A model generated the notes under the pieces. That model had not been told where the DNA came from. It saw only the letters and a program-made list of their open reading frames with translations, and did no database searches. 64,000 nucleotides of DNA, taken from contig JAUSIK010000016.1 in assembly GCA_030648155.1 (NCBI GenBank), forward strand, positions 81,944 through 145,943, given 5' to 3'. The position numbers were made by a program, and so were the translations under genes. This document shows, one piece after another, positions 54,879-62,973 of the stretch (positions are counted from its first letter, which is position 1; every line of letters begins with the position of its first letter). Source of the stretch: Nanobdellota archaeon (GTDB lineage Archaea; Nanobdellota; Nanobdellia; Pacearchaeales; GW2011-AR1).

Positions 54879-55799
54879 TTATTTTACTAAAAACCTCTTG
54901 CAGATCTCAATAAGTCTAGGCTGAATCTTTTGTTTGAATTCTTCAAACTCTTCCTCGTCATAAGAAGCTATTGCTAACTCTTCTACCTTCTCCTCACTTT
55001 CAAAGAACTTACCATTTTGAAGAAGATTAAGTTTTTCGCTTATCAATTTAGCAAAATCTATTTTAATAATGGATGAATTCTTTATTTTCTCAACAATCTC
55101 ATTTAAGTCTGCTTTAAGAGAGCCCTTTATCAAAAAAAGGTCGAATAAATCTCTTTCTTGAAGTTTATTTCTTGTCAGTACCGCCCTATACTTTTCTAGA
55201 GTTATTTCTTTTAGTGAATAGCTTAAAACATTGAAATTTTTTATGTCAAGCCCTAGCGTAAATAATAGCTCTTTAGAGTCAAATAGATCGGTTATTGCTT
55301 TGATTGAAACTTTTTCCGGAGGGCTATTCATTTTCTCAATAAAGTTTATTTCTACTTTTATAAACTTGTTTTCTGAATAATATATCTTGAATGTGTAAAC
55401 TGTTCTTCCGCTTAACATTTTACAATATCTCTTATTGCCCCTATCTGCGCTAAAATCAAGTCCAAGAATCTCTGCAACTTCTTTTAGCTTAGGAACAAAA
55501 TAATCAAGAAAAGCTTTAATTTTTCTTTCTCTCGCATTTCTTGTTAATTCTCTTAAACTACTCGAATCTTTATACACAAAATCCAAATCTTCAGAAAACC
55601 TGTGATATTTTAAGTAATTTCTTGAGAGTAATGTTCCGCCTTTGAAAATAAGTTCTTTTCCAAGATCTTTTTTCTCAAACTCTACTAAGATTAAGGTTAA
55701 AAGCAAATCTTTCTCTAAGATGTCTTTATTATGCTGGAGATTAAGATTGAGTTTCAATTGTTCTATATATCTGCTTATGTTGATTTCTTTCCAACCCAT
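54879..55799 (-). CDS. AbiEii/AbiGii-family nucleotidyltransferase toxin (DUF1814)
   Basis: FKGGTLLSRNYLKYHRFSEDLDF motif. Confidence 0.8.
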   Translation of the reverse strand: MGWKEINISRYIEQLKLNLNLQHNKDILEKDLLLTLILVEFEKKDLGKELIFKGGTLLSRNYLKYHRFSEDLDFVYKDSSSLRELTRNARERKIKAFLDYFVPKLKEVAEILGLDFSADRGNKRYCKMLSGRTVYTFKIYYSENKFIKVEINFIEKMNSPPEKVSIKAITDLFDSKELLFTLGLDIKNFNVLSYSLKEITLEKYRAVLTRNKLQERDLFDLFLIKGSLKADLNEIVEKIKNSSIIKIDFAKLISEKLNLLQNGKFFESEEKVEELAIASYDEEEFEEFKQKIQPRLIEICKRFLVK

Positions 55800-56371
55800 T
55801 TTGGATACCTCTTTAGATAATTACGTGTATTCTTTAAACTTATCAAGTGTTCTGACTCTTTAAAATAAACTTTATCTAAATAGGTTTTTGCGGGATCAGA
55901 GTAAAAATAACTTATTTTATTCTTAGTCTTTGACTCCTTTAATCCAAAAATAAGATTCTCTTTAGTTTTTATAAATCTTGTATTTAGGCCAACTATCTTT
56001 CTCTTACCACTTATTCTTGTGTTGATTATATTTATTAAATTAGGAGTTTGCCATGTTTTTCCTTGTTCATAAATCGCAGTATTAAGTCCAATATACCATT
56101 TTATTTTTTCTCTATTTAATACATCAAAGATAAGCTCTCTATCAGAATAATTGCAAAAATTCTTTTTTCTTTCATCATAAGAATTAATATAGTAATATCC
56201 TAGAAATATCCTCTTTATGTAATTATGTTTAGATAAATATTCAATAATGTTCTTATTGTTAAATTTAAACTTGAGCTTCTTATATTCTTCCAATAGATGC
56301 AGGATTTCTTCTTTTTTGAATATCTTACCCCTGTTAAGTAAAGCTTCGTGGATAGTATTTATTGTATTCAT
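55775..56371 (-). CDS. AbiEi-like antitoxin/transcriptional regulator
   Basis: Its end overlaps the AbiEii start by 25 nt. N-terminal wHTH-like region. The consensus promoter aaaagatttatataat lies ~22 nt upstream. Confidence 0.55.
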   Translation of the reverse strand: MNTINTIHEALLNRGKIFKKEEILHLLEEYKKLKFKFNNKNIIEYLSKHNYIKRIFLGYYYINSYDERKKNFCNYSDRELIFDVLNREKIKWYIGLNTAIYEQGKTWQTPNLINIINTRISGKRKIVGLNTRFIKTKENLIFGLKESKTKNKISYFYSDPAKTYLDKVYFKESEHLISLKNTRNYLKRYPKWVGKKST

Positions 56372-56607
56372 AAATAGGCAACTCTGTTATATTATATAAA
56401 TCTTTTGTGTTGTTTTAAAAACAGGCACTTTTTGACTATTTTTGAAACAAGATATTTGCAATAATAAATATAAACTTAGAAGAACTAGCAGTTGCGCACA
56501 ACTGCTATTTACATATTAAGATCTTATCAACAAAGGCAGATGGGATAAGAAACGTATGGGATGAAAAGTTAATCAAATTTTATCCTATAAAGATAGACTC
56601 TTAATTT

Positions 56608-57003
56608 TCACAAAGGTCTTTTTTCAAACTGAGGCATCCTAACTATCTTTGGCGTAATTCCTATTTCTTTTAATGAACTGCTAAGCCATTCTTCTTTTGC
56701 CCATTGATCATGGCCTAGGGCAATAATATCTGGATTAAGCGAGGCAATAGTATTTATGGGATTAAATTTTACATCACTGCCGAGAATTACATTGTCTACG
56801 AAATTTAGAGACTGAATATTTTTAAGACGAATGTTTTCATTATTAATAGGTTTTTTCCCTTTTATTCTTTCTGAATTAATATCTCTTGCTACAATTACAA
56901 TAAGTTCTGAATTTTTAGAAAGGGCTTTGGAGTTTTTCAGATATTCTATGTGGCCTGTGTGTAATATATCGAATGTTCCTGCACATACAACTCTAGTTTT
57001 CAT
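56608..57003 (-). CDS. ribL: Cytidylyltransferase-fold FMN adenylyltransferase (archaeal FAD synthetase RibL-like)
   Basis: VVCAGTFDILHTGHIEYL (HxGH) and ELIVIVARD...KGKKPI, as in archaeal RibL. Confidence 0.65.
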   Translation of the reverse strand: MKTRVVCAGTFDILHTGHIEYLKNSKALSKNSELIVIVARDINSERIKGKKPINNENIRLKNIQSLNFVDNVILGSDVKFNPINTIASLNPDIIALGHDQWAKEEWLSSSLKEIGITPKIVRMPQFEKRPL

Positions 57004-57085
57004 TATGCCAACACAAGAAAGAGCTGTTATTTAATTATTTCTCTAAATATAAAAAGCTCTTCGGTAAAAACTAAATAAAAAAAGA

Positions 57086-57364
57086 TTAACCGAAGAGAGC
57101 TGAAAGACCGGCTGCAGATTCTGAAGGTTTTTCTTCTTTCTTTTCTTCCTTCTTTTCTGCTGGGGCTGCTGCAGGAGCTGCTGCCATCGCACTTGCGTTT
57201 GCCAGTTCAGATGCTATATCTACGCCTTGTAGACTTGCAATTAACACTTTTGCTTTTGCTTCGTCAACTTCAACACCAGCTGCATGAACAACTTTTTTCA
57301 AGTTTGCTTCATTTACAGGCTGGCCAAGTTTATGCAACAGTAAAGCTCCGTAGATGTATTCCAT
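57086..57364 (-). CDS. rpl12: 50S ribosomal stalk protein P1 (L12e)
   Basis: [11 protein letters not shown]... and the Ala-rich hinge with an acidic tail ...[20 protein letters not shown]. Confidence 0.85.
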   Translation of the reverse strand: MEYIYGALLLHKLGQPVNEANLKKVVHAAGVEVDEAKAKVLIASLQGVDIASELANASAMAAAPAAAPAEKKEEKKEEKPSESAAGLSALFG

Positions 57365-58173
57365 TACTTTGTTTCCTCCTTATGGTTTTGATTGGATTTG
57401 TTTATTAAATTTTCAATTGCTTTTTCTTCTGCTGAAGCTTTTCCTAATAGACGGGATAATGTTTCCTTGCAAACATAACCTATTTTTACTGCGAACCCTA
57501 AGGCCTTTCCTATTGAAGATCTTAATTCTTCATATGCTATTTTTTTATCGATTACTATATTTACATATACTTGGTCTGAAACTGAATCATATGCAGCTAT
57601 AGGAATAAATCCTACTTTCATTGGAAGAATATTTAATTTTCCTAGTACAGATGCAACGTTGGCTTTTATTGGCTCTCCTTTTTTGGCTACTACTGCTCCT
57701 TGCTTTATTGCCAGTTTACCGCCTTCAACAGCGACTTTTAATCCTACAGAAGACAATTCTGATATTGCTGGGCCTGGTATTAGGTCAGTTGGGCCTGGTT
57801 CAATAGAAATTTCTTCTGGGGCAATTTCACCGGCTCTTGCTTTAGTTGGAGATTGATTATCTGCCAAAAGTCCTGATAATTCGAATGCATCTAAATCTGA
57901 AAAGAAAATAGCTATATCTGCAATGATATGATCTTTTAAATTTTGCAGTGCTCCTTTTTCTGTAGATGCAATAGCCCTCACCACTATTGATTTTTTTGCT
58001 ACAAGTATATCTGCTTTTCCCCTAAAATTTTTTTTAATTGAATGAAATTGAGAACTTGGAAGGCCTTTTGTTGAAGCTATAAGAATCGTCTTGCTCGACT
58101 TCATTTTTTTTGCAAATTCTGAAACTAACTTCTTTTTTTCTTCTAATTTTGGAGATACTAATTCGGCTGACAT
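57364..58173 (-). CDS. rplP0: 50S ribosomal protein uL10 (P0)
   Basis: Position between uL1 and P1, and an N-terminal uL10 domain ([31 protein letters not shown]). Confidence 0.85.
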   Translation of the reverse strand: MSAELVSPKLEEKKKLVSEFAKKMKSSKTILIASTKGLPSSQFHSIKKNFRGKADILVAKKSIVVRAIASTEKGALQNLKDHIIADIAIFFSDLDAFELSGLLADNQSPTKARAGEIAPEEISIEPGPTDLIPGPAISELSSVGLKVAVEGGKLAIKQGAVVAKKGEPIKANVASVLGKLNILPMKVGFIPIAAYDSVSDQVYVNIVIDKKIAYEELRSSIGKALGFAVKIGYVCKETLSRLLGKASAEEKAIENLINKSNQNHKEETK

Positions 58174-58790
58174 TACATTCCCTCCACTTTTATAGGTTTA
58201 CTCATAGTATACTTTACCATTACATTTTTAATATTGTCTTTCTTTTTTGGAAGAGCATTTACAATTCCATTAAAGACTGTACGAATATTATCCATTAATT
58301 GATCTTGAGGCATAGCTTCATTGCCTATACTTACTTTTATGCTAGTCTCTTTTACTCTTATCTTTATAGATTTAGAAATTTTACTTAATTCATGATTAAT
58401 CGCATCTGAACTCTCTTGATTAATAATTCCTAATTGCGGTGAGGGCATTTTTCCTGCAGGACCAAGAATTTTACCGAATGTTGTCGCTACTGACGGCATT
58501 AATGGGGCAATGGCGATGAAGAAGTCATATTTTTTAACTAAATTCTTAAGAGTTTTTTTATCTTTGTATTTTGGAAAATCCAATTTTGTAATTGTATCAA
58601 CTAAATCTGATTTTTTGTCCATAAATCCGCAAACTTTTTTATCTTTTGGCTTGTGGGGAACACTAATTATGGCGTTTATATTCTCTCTTCTTAAATCAAT
58701 ACCTTTTAAATTTACAATTAAGTCTAAGCTTTGGCTAAACTTGCGTTTTTTCTCTTTAGACAATTCTTCTAATGCGTTCTTTACATCCAT
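58173..58790 (-). CDS. rpl1: 50S ribosomal protein uL1
   Basis: FSQSLDLIVNLKGIDL...GKILGPAGKMPSP. Confidence 0.9.
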   Translation of the reverse strand: MDVKNALEELSKEKKRKFSQSLDLIVNLKGIDLRRENINAIISVPHKPKDKKVCGFMDKKSDLVDTITKLDFPKYKDKKTLKNLVKKYDFFIAIAPLMPSVATTFGKILGPAGKMPSPQLGIINQESSDAINHELSKISKSIKIRVKETSIKVSIGNEAMPQDQLMDNIRTVFNGIVNALPKKKDNIKNVMVKYTMSKPIKVEGM

Positions 58791-58868
58791 ATTTATCTCC
58801 TACATTATGATCCAGGCCCCTAGAACTCTATGGTCTAGATATGTAGTTTAACGATAGTTAACAGATAG

Positions 58869-59189
58869 TTAGTGGGTTTTTAAAGATTTCGCTTGTAATT
58901 CTTTTTCTAAATCGGATATTTTTTCTTCTATCCTCTTTATGTTTTTTGGATATCCAGAGATTGTAAGGATAGTTGTTCCAGATGGATTGGACTCGTCTCC
59001 CTCCATATGGTGCAATTTTAGAAAAAGAGAGTAGGTATGGGAAAAATAGAGATTAAGGGTATTTCCGTTATATTTTTTAGACTCCATCTGGAGATATTTC
59101 ATTTCTGGATCAATACTTTTAACATTTTCATTAAAAACTTGCGGCTTATATAATCCCTGTGCGATTGATTTGTAAACAACTCTTTCCAT
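58869..59189 (-). CDS. Hypothetical protein occupying the slot where nusG/spt5 and rpl11 normally sit
   Basis: ORF track, 106 aa. No NGN/KOW or uL11 motifs are recognisable. Confidence 0.5.
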   Translation of the reverse strand: MERVVYKSIAQGLYKPQVFNENVKSIDPEMKYLQMESKKYNGNTLNLYFSHTYSLFLKLHHMEGDESNPSGTTILTISGYPKNIKRIEEKISDLEKELQAKSLKTH

Positions 59190-59192
59190 CCT

Positions 59193-59375
59193 TTAGGCGA
59201 AAATTCTCTCTATTATTTTCATAGCATCTGATATAATAAAACCTGCTGCGCCGATAATTAATATTCCTATGGCTGAAACTTTTGCTATTGATTTGAATTC
59301 TTCACCGGTTGGCTTTTTTAACAAATGCCAAACTCTTTTCGACTGCACAAAAAAGGATTTTAATTTTTCTATCAT
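59193..59375 (-). CDS. secE: Protein translocase subunit SecE/Sec61-gamma
   Basis: 60 aa with a single C-terminal TM segment (VSAIGILIIGAAGFIISDAM), directly downstream of ftsZ. Confidence 0.75.
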   Translation of the reverse strand: MIEKLKSFFVQSKRVWHLLKKPTGEEFKSIAKVSAIGILIIGAAGFIISDAMKIIERIFA

Positions 59376-59405
59376 GCTTTATTTATTCGATCAAAGTTTT
59401 TAAAG

Positions 59406-60509
59406 TTATTTATTTTCCACAAAATCTATCCCTAGCTCTTTTTCTAAATCGTCACCGTATTTACTTGCTTCTTCGTCGGAAGAGCCTAGAATTTGAGAGC
59501 TTTTAACTCCTGTGACTATCAGAAGCACCTTTATTGATTTATCCATGTCTGCAGATATCTGAGCTCCAGAAATTATTTTTGCATTCGGGGAAATTTTAGC
59601 GCCAAGAATTTCCATCACTTTTTTATATTCTTCCAGAGATAAATCATTTCCTCCGATGATGTTTACTAAAGCTCCTGTTGCTTGGCTTATGTCTACATCT
59701 AATAATGGATTATTGATTGCTTTTTCAATTGCTTCCTTTGCCCTATTTGGGCCATCTGCTTCCCCGATTCCAATTAAAGAGACTCCACCATTAGACATTA
59801 CGGCCTTTACATCAGCAAAATCTAGATTTACAAGGCCTGATTTGGTTATTAATTCAGTTATGCCCTTGACAGAGTTAGTTAGGATTTCATCCGCTACTTT
59901 AAATGCAGTATGTATCGGAAGTTCTGGGGCAATTTCTAGAAGTTTATCGTTGGGAATTACTATGAGTGTATCTGCAATTGAAGCAAGCCTTTCTAATCCA
60001 TATTGCGCATTTTCAATTCTTTTTTGGCCTTCAACAGTAAATGGCAGGGTTACTATTCCTATTGTCAAAGCGCCGGATTTTTTTGCAATTTCTGCAACAA
60101 CTGGAGATGAACCTGTGCCTGTACCTCCGCCTAGACCGCATGTGATAAACACCATGTCGCTGTCACTTAACTTCTTCCTTATTTCTTGTTCGGATTCTCT
60201 CGCAGCCTGCTCTCCAATTTTAGGGTTGCTTCCTGCCCCTAGGCCATGTGTTAGTTCTCTTCCAACTAGAATTTTAGCATCGACATCACAATAAAGTAAA
60301 TCTTGGGCATCTGTATTCACTGCAATTATTTCACATCCTTTTATCCCTATCTCTTTCATTCTCGATACAGAATTTCCACCTCCACCTCCGCACCCAACAA
60401 CTTTGATGCGAGCCGAATGTCTTTGAAGCAAAGATTCCAGCTCTTTATCTATAGCTTGTGTGCCGGGATTTTCATGAATTACTGCAATATCCACAGCCAT
60501 ATTGAGCAT
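59406..60509 (-). CDS. ftsZ: Cell division GTPase FtsZ
   Basis: VVGCGGGGGNSVSRM, NTDAQDL and GLGGGTGTGSSPVVAEIAK (tubulin signature). Confidence 0.95.
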   Translation of the reverse strand: MLNMAVDIAVIHENPGTQAIDKELESLLQRHSARIKVVGCGGGGGNSVSRMKEIGIKGCEIIAVNTDAQDLLYCDVDAKILVGRELTHGLGAGSNPKIGEQAARESEQEIRKKLSDSDMVFITCGLGGGTGTGSSPVVAEIAKKSGALTIGIVTLPFTVEGQKRIENAQYGLERLASIADTLIVIPNDKLLEIAPELPIHTAFKVADEILTNSVKGITELITKSGLVNLDFADVKAVMSNGGVSLIGIGEADGPNRAKEAIEKAINNPLLDVDISQATGALVNIIGGNDLSLEEYKKVMEILGAKISPNAKIISGAQISADMDKSIKVLLIVTGVKSSQILGSSDEEASKYGDDLEKELGIDFVENK

Positions 60510-60602
60510 ATGAGATGATTGTTTATAAGGATTGTTATATTATTCAATAGGGGTAGTTTTTGCTACGAATAAATTTATAACTCTTTAGTTCTTTAATGAT
60601 TA

Positions 60603-60872
60603 ATGACTGAAAAAAGCATGATAATTCATGATTCTCTAAAGATAATAGGGGTGGCATTTGTGTTTACAGGGGTAATAGGAATAATTGTATCCTCATTAGT
60701 TGGGATTTTTCAGGTAATTATATGGTGGCAGAGCATATTGTTAGTATTATTATCAATTTTTGTAACGACTGTTGGCTTTTTTGCATTTAACGGAGGACCG
60801 TATTCAAGAGTTAAAGCCGTAGAAAAACATATTTCTAAAAAAAGAGGAAAATCAATGAGTTTTTTATTGTGA
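60603..60872 (+). CDS. Small membrane protein (2-3 TM)
   Basis: Hydrophobicity pattern. Confidence 0.5.
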   Translation: MTEKSMIIHDSLKIIGVAFVFTGVIGIIVSSLVGIFQVIIWWQSILLVLLSIFVTTVGFFAFNGGPYSRVKAVEKHISKKRGKSMSFLL

Positions 60873-60900
60873 TTGCTTTTTAATATTAAATATTGTTTTA

Positions 60901-61359
60901 TTAATTTAATGTTTCTAGATATGCTATTTTTTTATTAATACTGACAAATAAATCAAAACCATTAATTTCTAAAAAATCCATGCCGATTAAAGTTGGAATT
61001 CTAGCCGCATTATTTAATTTATCTTGACCCTCATTTCTAATTCTAGGAACATCTGCTACCAAGATCTGCATTGTAAAATTTTGCGGTTTATTCTCTATAT
61101 CCTTAAGAGAAAATGTGAATTTATTAATTAGAAGAACAGGAGTTTTCCCTTTTCCCAGACCCATTAATGGGGCTGCACTTTCAAAATTTGTAAAAGGAAT
61201 GTTTAATCTTATAGCATCTCCTGCAGAGAGAATTGTTTTTGGTGCTCCTGTATCAATAATTGCCTCAATTCTCCCAAAGGACCTTGGATAAGTAGACAAT
61301 AAAGGTAAAATTACTCTTTTAGAACCTTGCATATCTCTAATTTCTAGATTAAACCTCAT
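60901..61359 (-). CDS. Retropepsin-like single-domain aspartic protease
   Basis: AIIDTGAPKTIL (D-T-G-A catalytic motif) and ...IPTLIGMDFL. At 152 aa it would need to dimerise. Confidence 0.7.
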   Translation of the reverse strand: MRFNLEIRDMQGSKRVILPLLSTYPRSFGRIEAIIDTGAPKTILSAGDAIRLNIPFTNFESAAPLMGLGKGKTPVLLINKFTFSLKDIENKPQNFTMQILVADVPRIRNEGQDKLNNAARIPTLIGMDFLEINGFDLFVSINKKIAYLETLN

Positions 61360-61361
61360 CT

Positions 61362-61616
61362 TTAATAAAGAATAATTTCTTCCTTGCCAGGAATATATTC
61401 AATTAGAACAGAGGAAGGATTAAATCCTTTTTCTTTAACCTTTTTTAATACTTCTTCAAAATTATCTCCAACTTCTATAAGCTCGTCTTCTTTAACAGCT
61501 ATAAACTTTCTTTGATATTTATGACTAAATTCTGCTATTTTTGCAGAGATAAAACTAGAGCCTGCTTCTAGTGATTTAAATTCCTCTAAAATCATATCAT
61601 TAGACATATGATTCAT
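61362..61616 (-). CDS. Small antitoxin-like protein (DUF5678-like) coupled to the retropepsin gene
   Basis: 84 aa. Its stop lies 2 nt before the protease ATG. The DUF5678 assignment is from memory of the family pattern (...KFIAVKEDELIEVGDNFEEVLKKV...). Confidence 0.5.
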   Translation of the reverse strand: MNHMSNDMILEEFKSLEAGSSFISAKIAEFSHKYQRKFIAVKEDELIEVGDNFEEVLKKVKEKGFNPSSVLIEYIPGKEEIILY

Positions 61617-61644
61617 AAGAGATGAATAGTTATAAAACTTTCTT

Positions 61645-62364
61645 TTAGCTTGATTGTTTATCTTTATTTTCTTCTAATTTATTCTCAAGCTTCTCTTCAT
61701 TTGATTCAACTGATTTTTTGATTTTTGTGTCAGGCTTGATTTCTTCCAAAACTAAGGGTTTTCCAAGAAGTTCCTTGAATTTTTCTGAATATACTTTTAC
61801 AAAGACCTCCATGGATTTCGGACCTTTAATCATTACACTTTCCTTTATTTCATATTCTGGAATAAATCTAAATAAAACTGAAAATAGTGTTTCTGCTTTT
61901 TCCTTCTCGTCTGAAACTTTTCTTGTTATATTAAATTTGTATTTTATTTCTTTTCCTGAAAGAGGATTGTTGAAGTCAACCATCACCCTGCCTCCTGAAA
62001 CTGCAATTATTTTTACCATTATATCGTCTAATGTTAGGACTAGGCCAGGATAAGGACTAACTTTTTTTTCAGTAAACGCTTTCAAGGGAATAGTTTTAAC
62101 AAGATCTCTCTTTCTTTCTCCGAAACTTTCTTTCGGAGACAATATTATTTCATATTCTTTTCCAATCTCCTTTCCCTCTAAGGATTTATCTAATCCTTTT
62201 ACGACCATTTCCTGGCCTATTGCAATAATTGTCTTTATTGGCTGTGCATTAGGATTTAATTTTTTTAAGTCTTCAGAAATATTAGAGTCAAAAATATCGC
62301 CGTTTGCATATCCAGTATATTTCAATTCTACGAAATCATTCTTAGATATTTTATTATTTTCCAT
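61645..62364 (-). CDS. FKBP-type peptidyl-prolyl isomerase (long archaeal SlyD-like type)
   Basis: DFVELKYTGYANGDIFDSN...VVKGLDKSLEGKEIG...VDFNNPLSGKEIKYKFNI. Confidence 0.85.
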   Translation of the reverse strand: MENNKISKNDFVELKYTGYANGDIFDSNISEDLKKLNPNAQPIKTIIAIGQEMVVKGLDKSLEGKEIGKEYEIILSPKESFGERKRDLVKTIPLKAFTEKKVSPYPGLVLTLDDIMVKIIAVSGGRVMVDFNNPLSGKEIKYKFNITRKVSDEKEKAETLFSVLFRFIPEYEIKESVMIKGPKSMEVFVKVYSEKFKELLGKPLVLEEIKPDTKIKKSVESNEEKLENKLEENKDKQSS

Positions 62365-62414
62365 GATTAGGGGAAATTAGTAAGTTTTATAAACGTTTCT
62401 TAATAGGAAGGAGT

Positions 62415-62804
62415 ATGGTTTTAAGATTAATAGACGCAACACAGGCAAAACCTGGGGCTACCATAACTATTGATGGAGAGCCCTTCACTGTTAAGTCAAA
62501 TGATATTAGCAAGACAGGAAAGCATGGAGCAAGCAAGTGCAGAATAGAAGCTGTAGGCATCTTTACTCAAAAGAAAAAGGTAATTGCCGTAAACGGTGCT
62601 GAAAGATTTGAAGTTCCTTTAGTGGAAAAGCATAAAGCACAGGTATTAAGTGTATCTGATAAGTCTGCATCAGTTATGAACTTGACAAGTTACGAAACTA
62701 TTGACCTTCCATTTATGGAAGAATTAAGCGGACAGCTTGTTGCAGAACAACAAGTTGAATATTGGGATATTGAAGGAAAGAAAGTAATAATGAGGATCCT
62801 ATAA
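62415..62804 (+). CDS. eif5a: Translation initiation factor 5A
   Basis: Hypusine loop SKTGKHGASKCRIEAVGIF. Confidence 0.9.
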   Translation: MVLRLIDATQAKPGATITIDGEPFTVKSNDISKTGKHGASKCRIEAVGIFTQKKKVIAVNGAERFEVPLVEKHKAQVLSVSDKSASVMNLTSYETIDLPFMEELSGQLVAEQQVEYWDIEGKKVIMRIL

Positions 62805-62837
62805 ATGGCGACTAAAATACCTACAGCACAAAAAAGA

Positions 62838-62969
62838 ATGTTTCAGAATGTGTTTGTATGCAAAGACTGCAGTAAAAAGATAAGAACTCAAGTTGTTAGA
62901 ATTATTTTGAAAAAAGTTAAGTGTCCTCGATGCAATGGAAGAGCATTTAGGCCAATAAGGAAAAAATAA
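62838..62969 (+). CDS. rpl40e: 50S ribosomal protein eL40 (L40e), 43 aa
   Basis: My translation: MFQNVFVCKDCSKKIRTQVVRIILKKVKCPRCNGRAFRPIRKK (CxxC-x~17-CxxC ribbon with a basic tail). It is below the track cutoff and the N-terminus is uncertain. Confidence 0.55.
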   Translation: MFQNVFVCKDCSKKIRTQVVRIILKKVKCPRCNGRAFRPIRKK

Positions 62970-62973
62970 AGAG

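Noticed and set aside
56486-56507. Calling the 9-bp inverted repeat a transcription terminator feature
   Set aside because: Archaeal termination generally relies on T-runs rather than hairpins, and the repeat's role (operator versus terminator) is undetermined. It is reported only inside the AbiE finding.
58791-58868. Possible uL1 autoregulatory mRNA leader upstream of rpl1 (GC-rich ggggcctgg, hairpin ctaga...tctag, SD-like aggag)
   Set aside because: I cannot demonstrate by eye any similarity to the 23S rRNA L1-stalk binding site. It needs a covariance-model search.
59656-60294. 212-aa plus-strand ORF
   Set aside because: It is antisense to ftsZ, whose translation carries unambiguous tubulin/FtsZ signatures. 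Many other long antisense ORFs in the track were discarded for the same reason (for example 10200..11780 within ileS, 33471..33722, 29278..29577, 30477..30752, 40797..41261 and 57193..57856).
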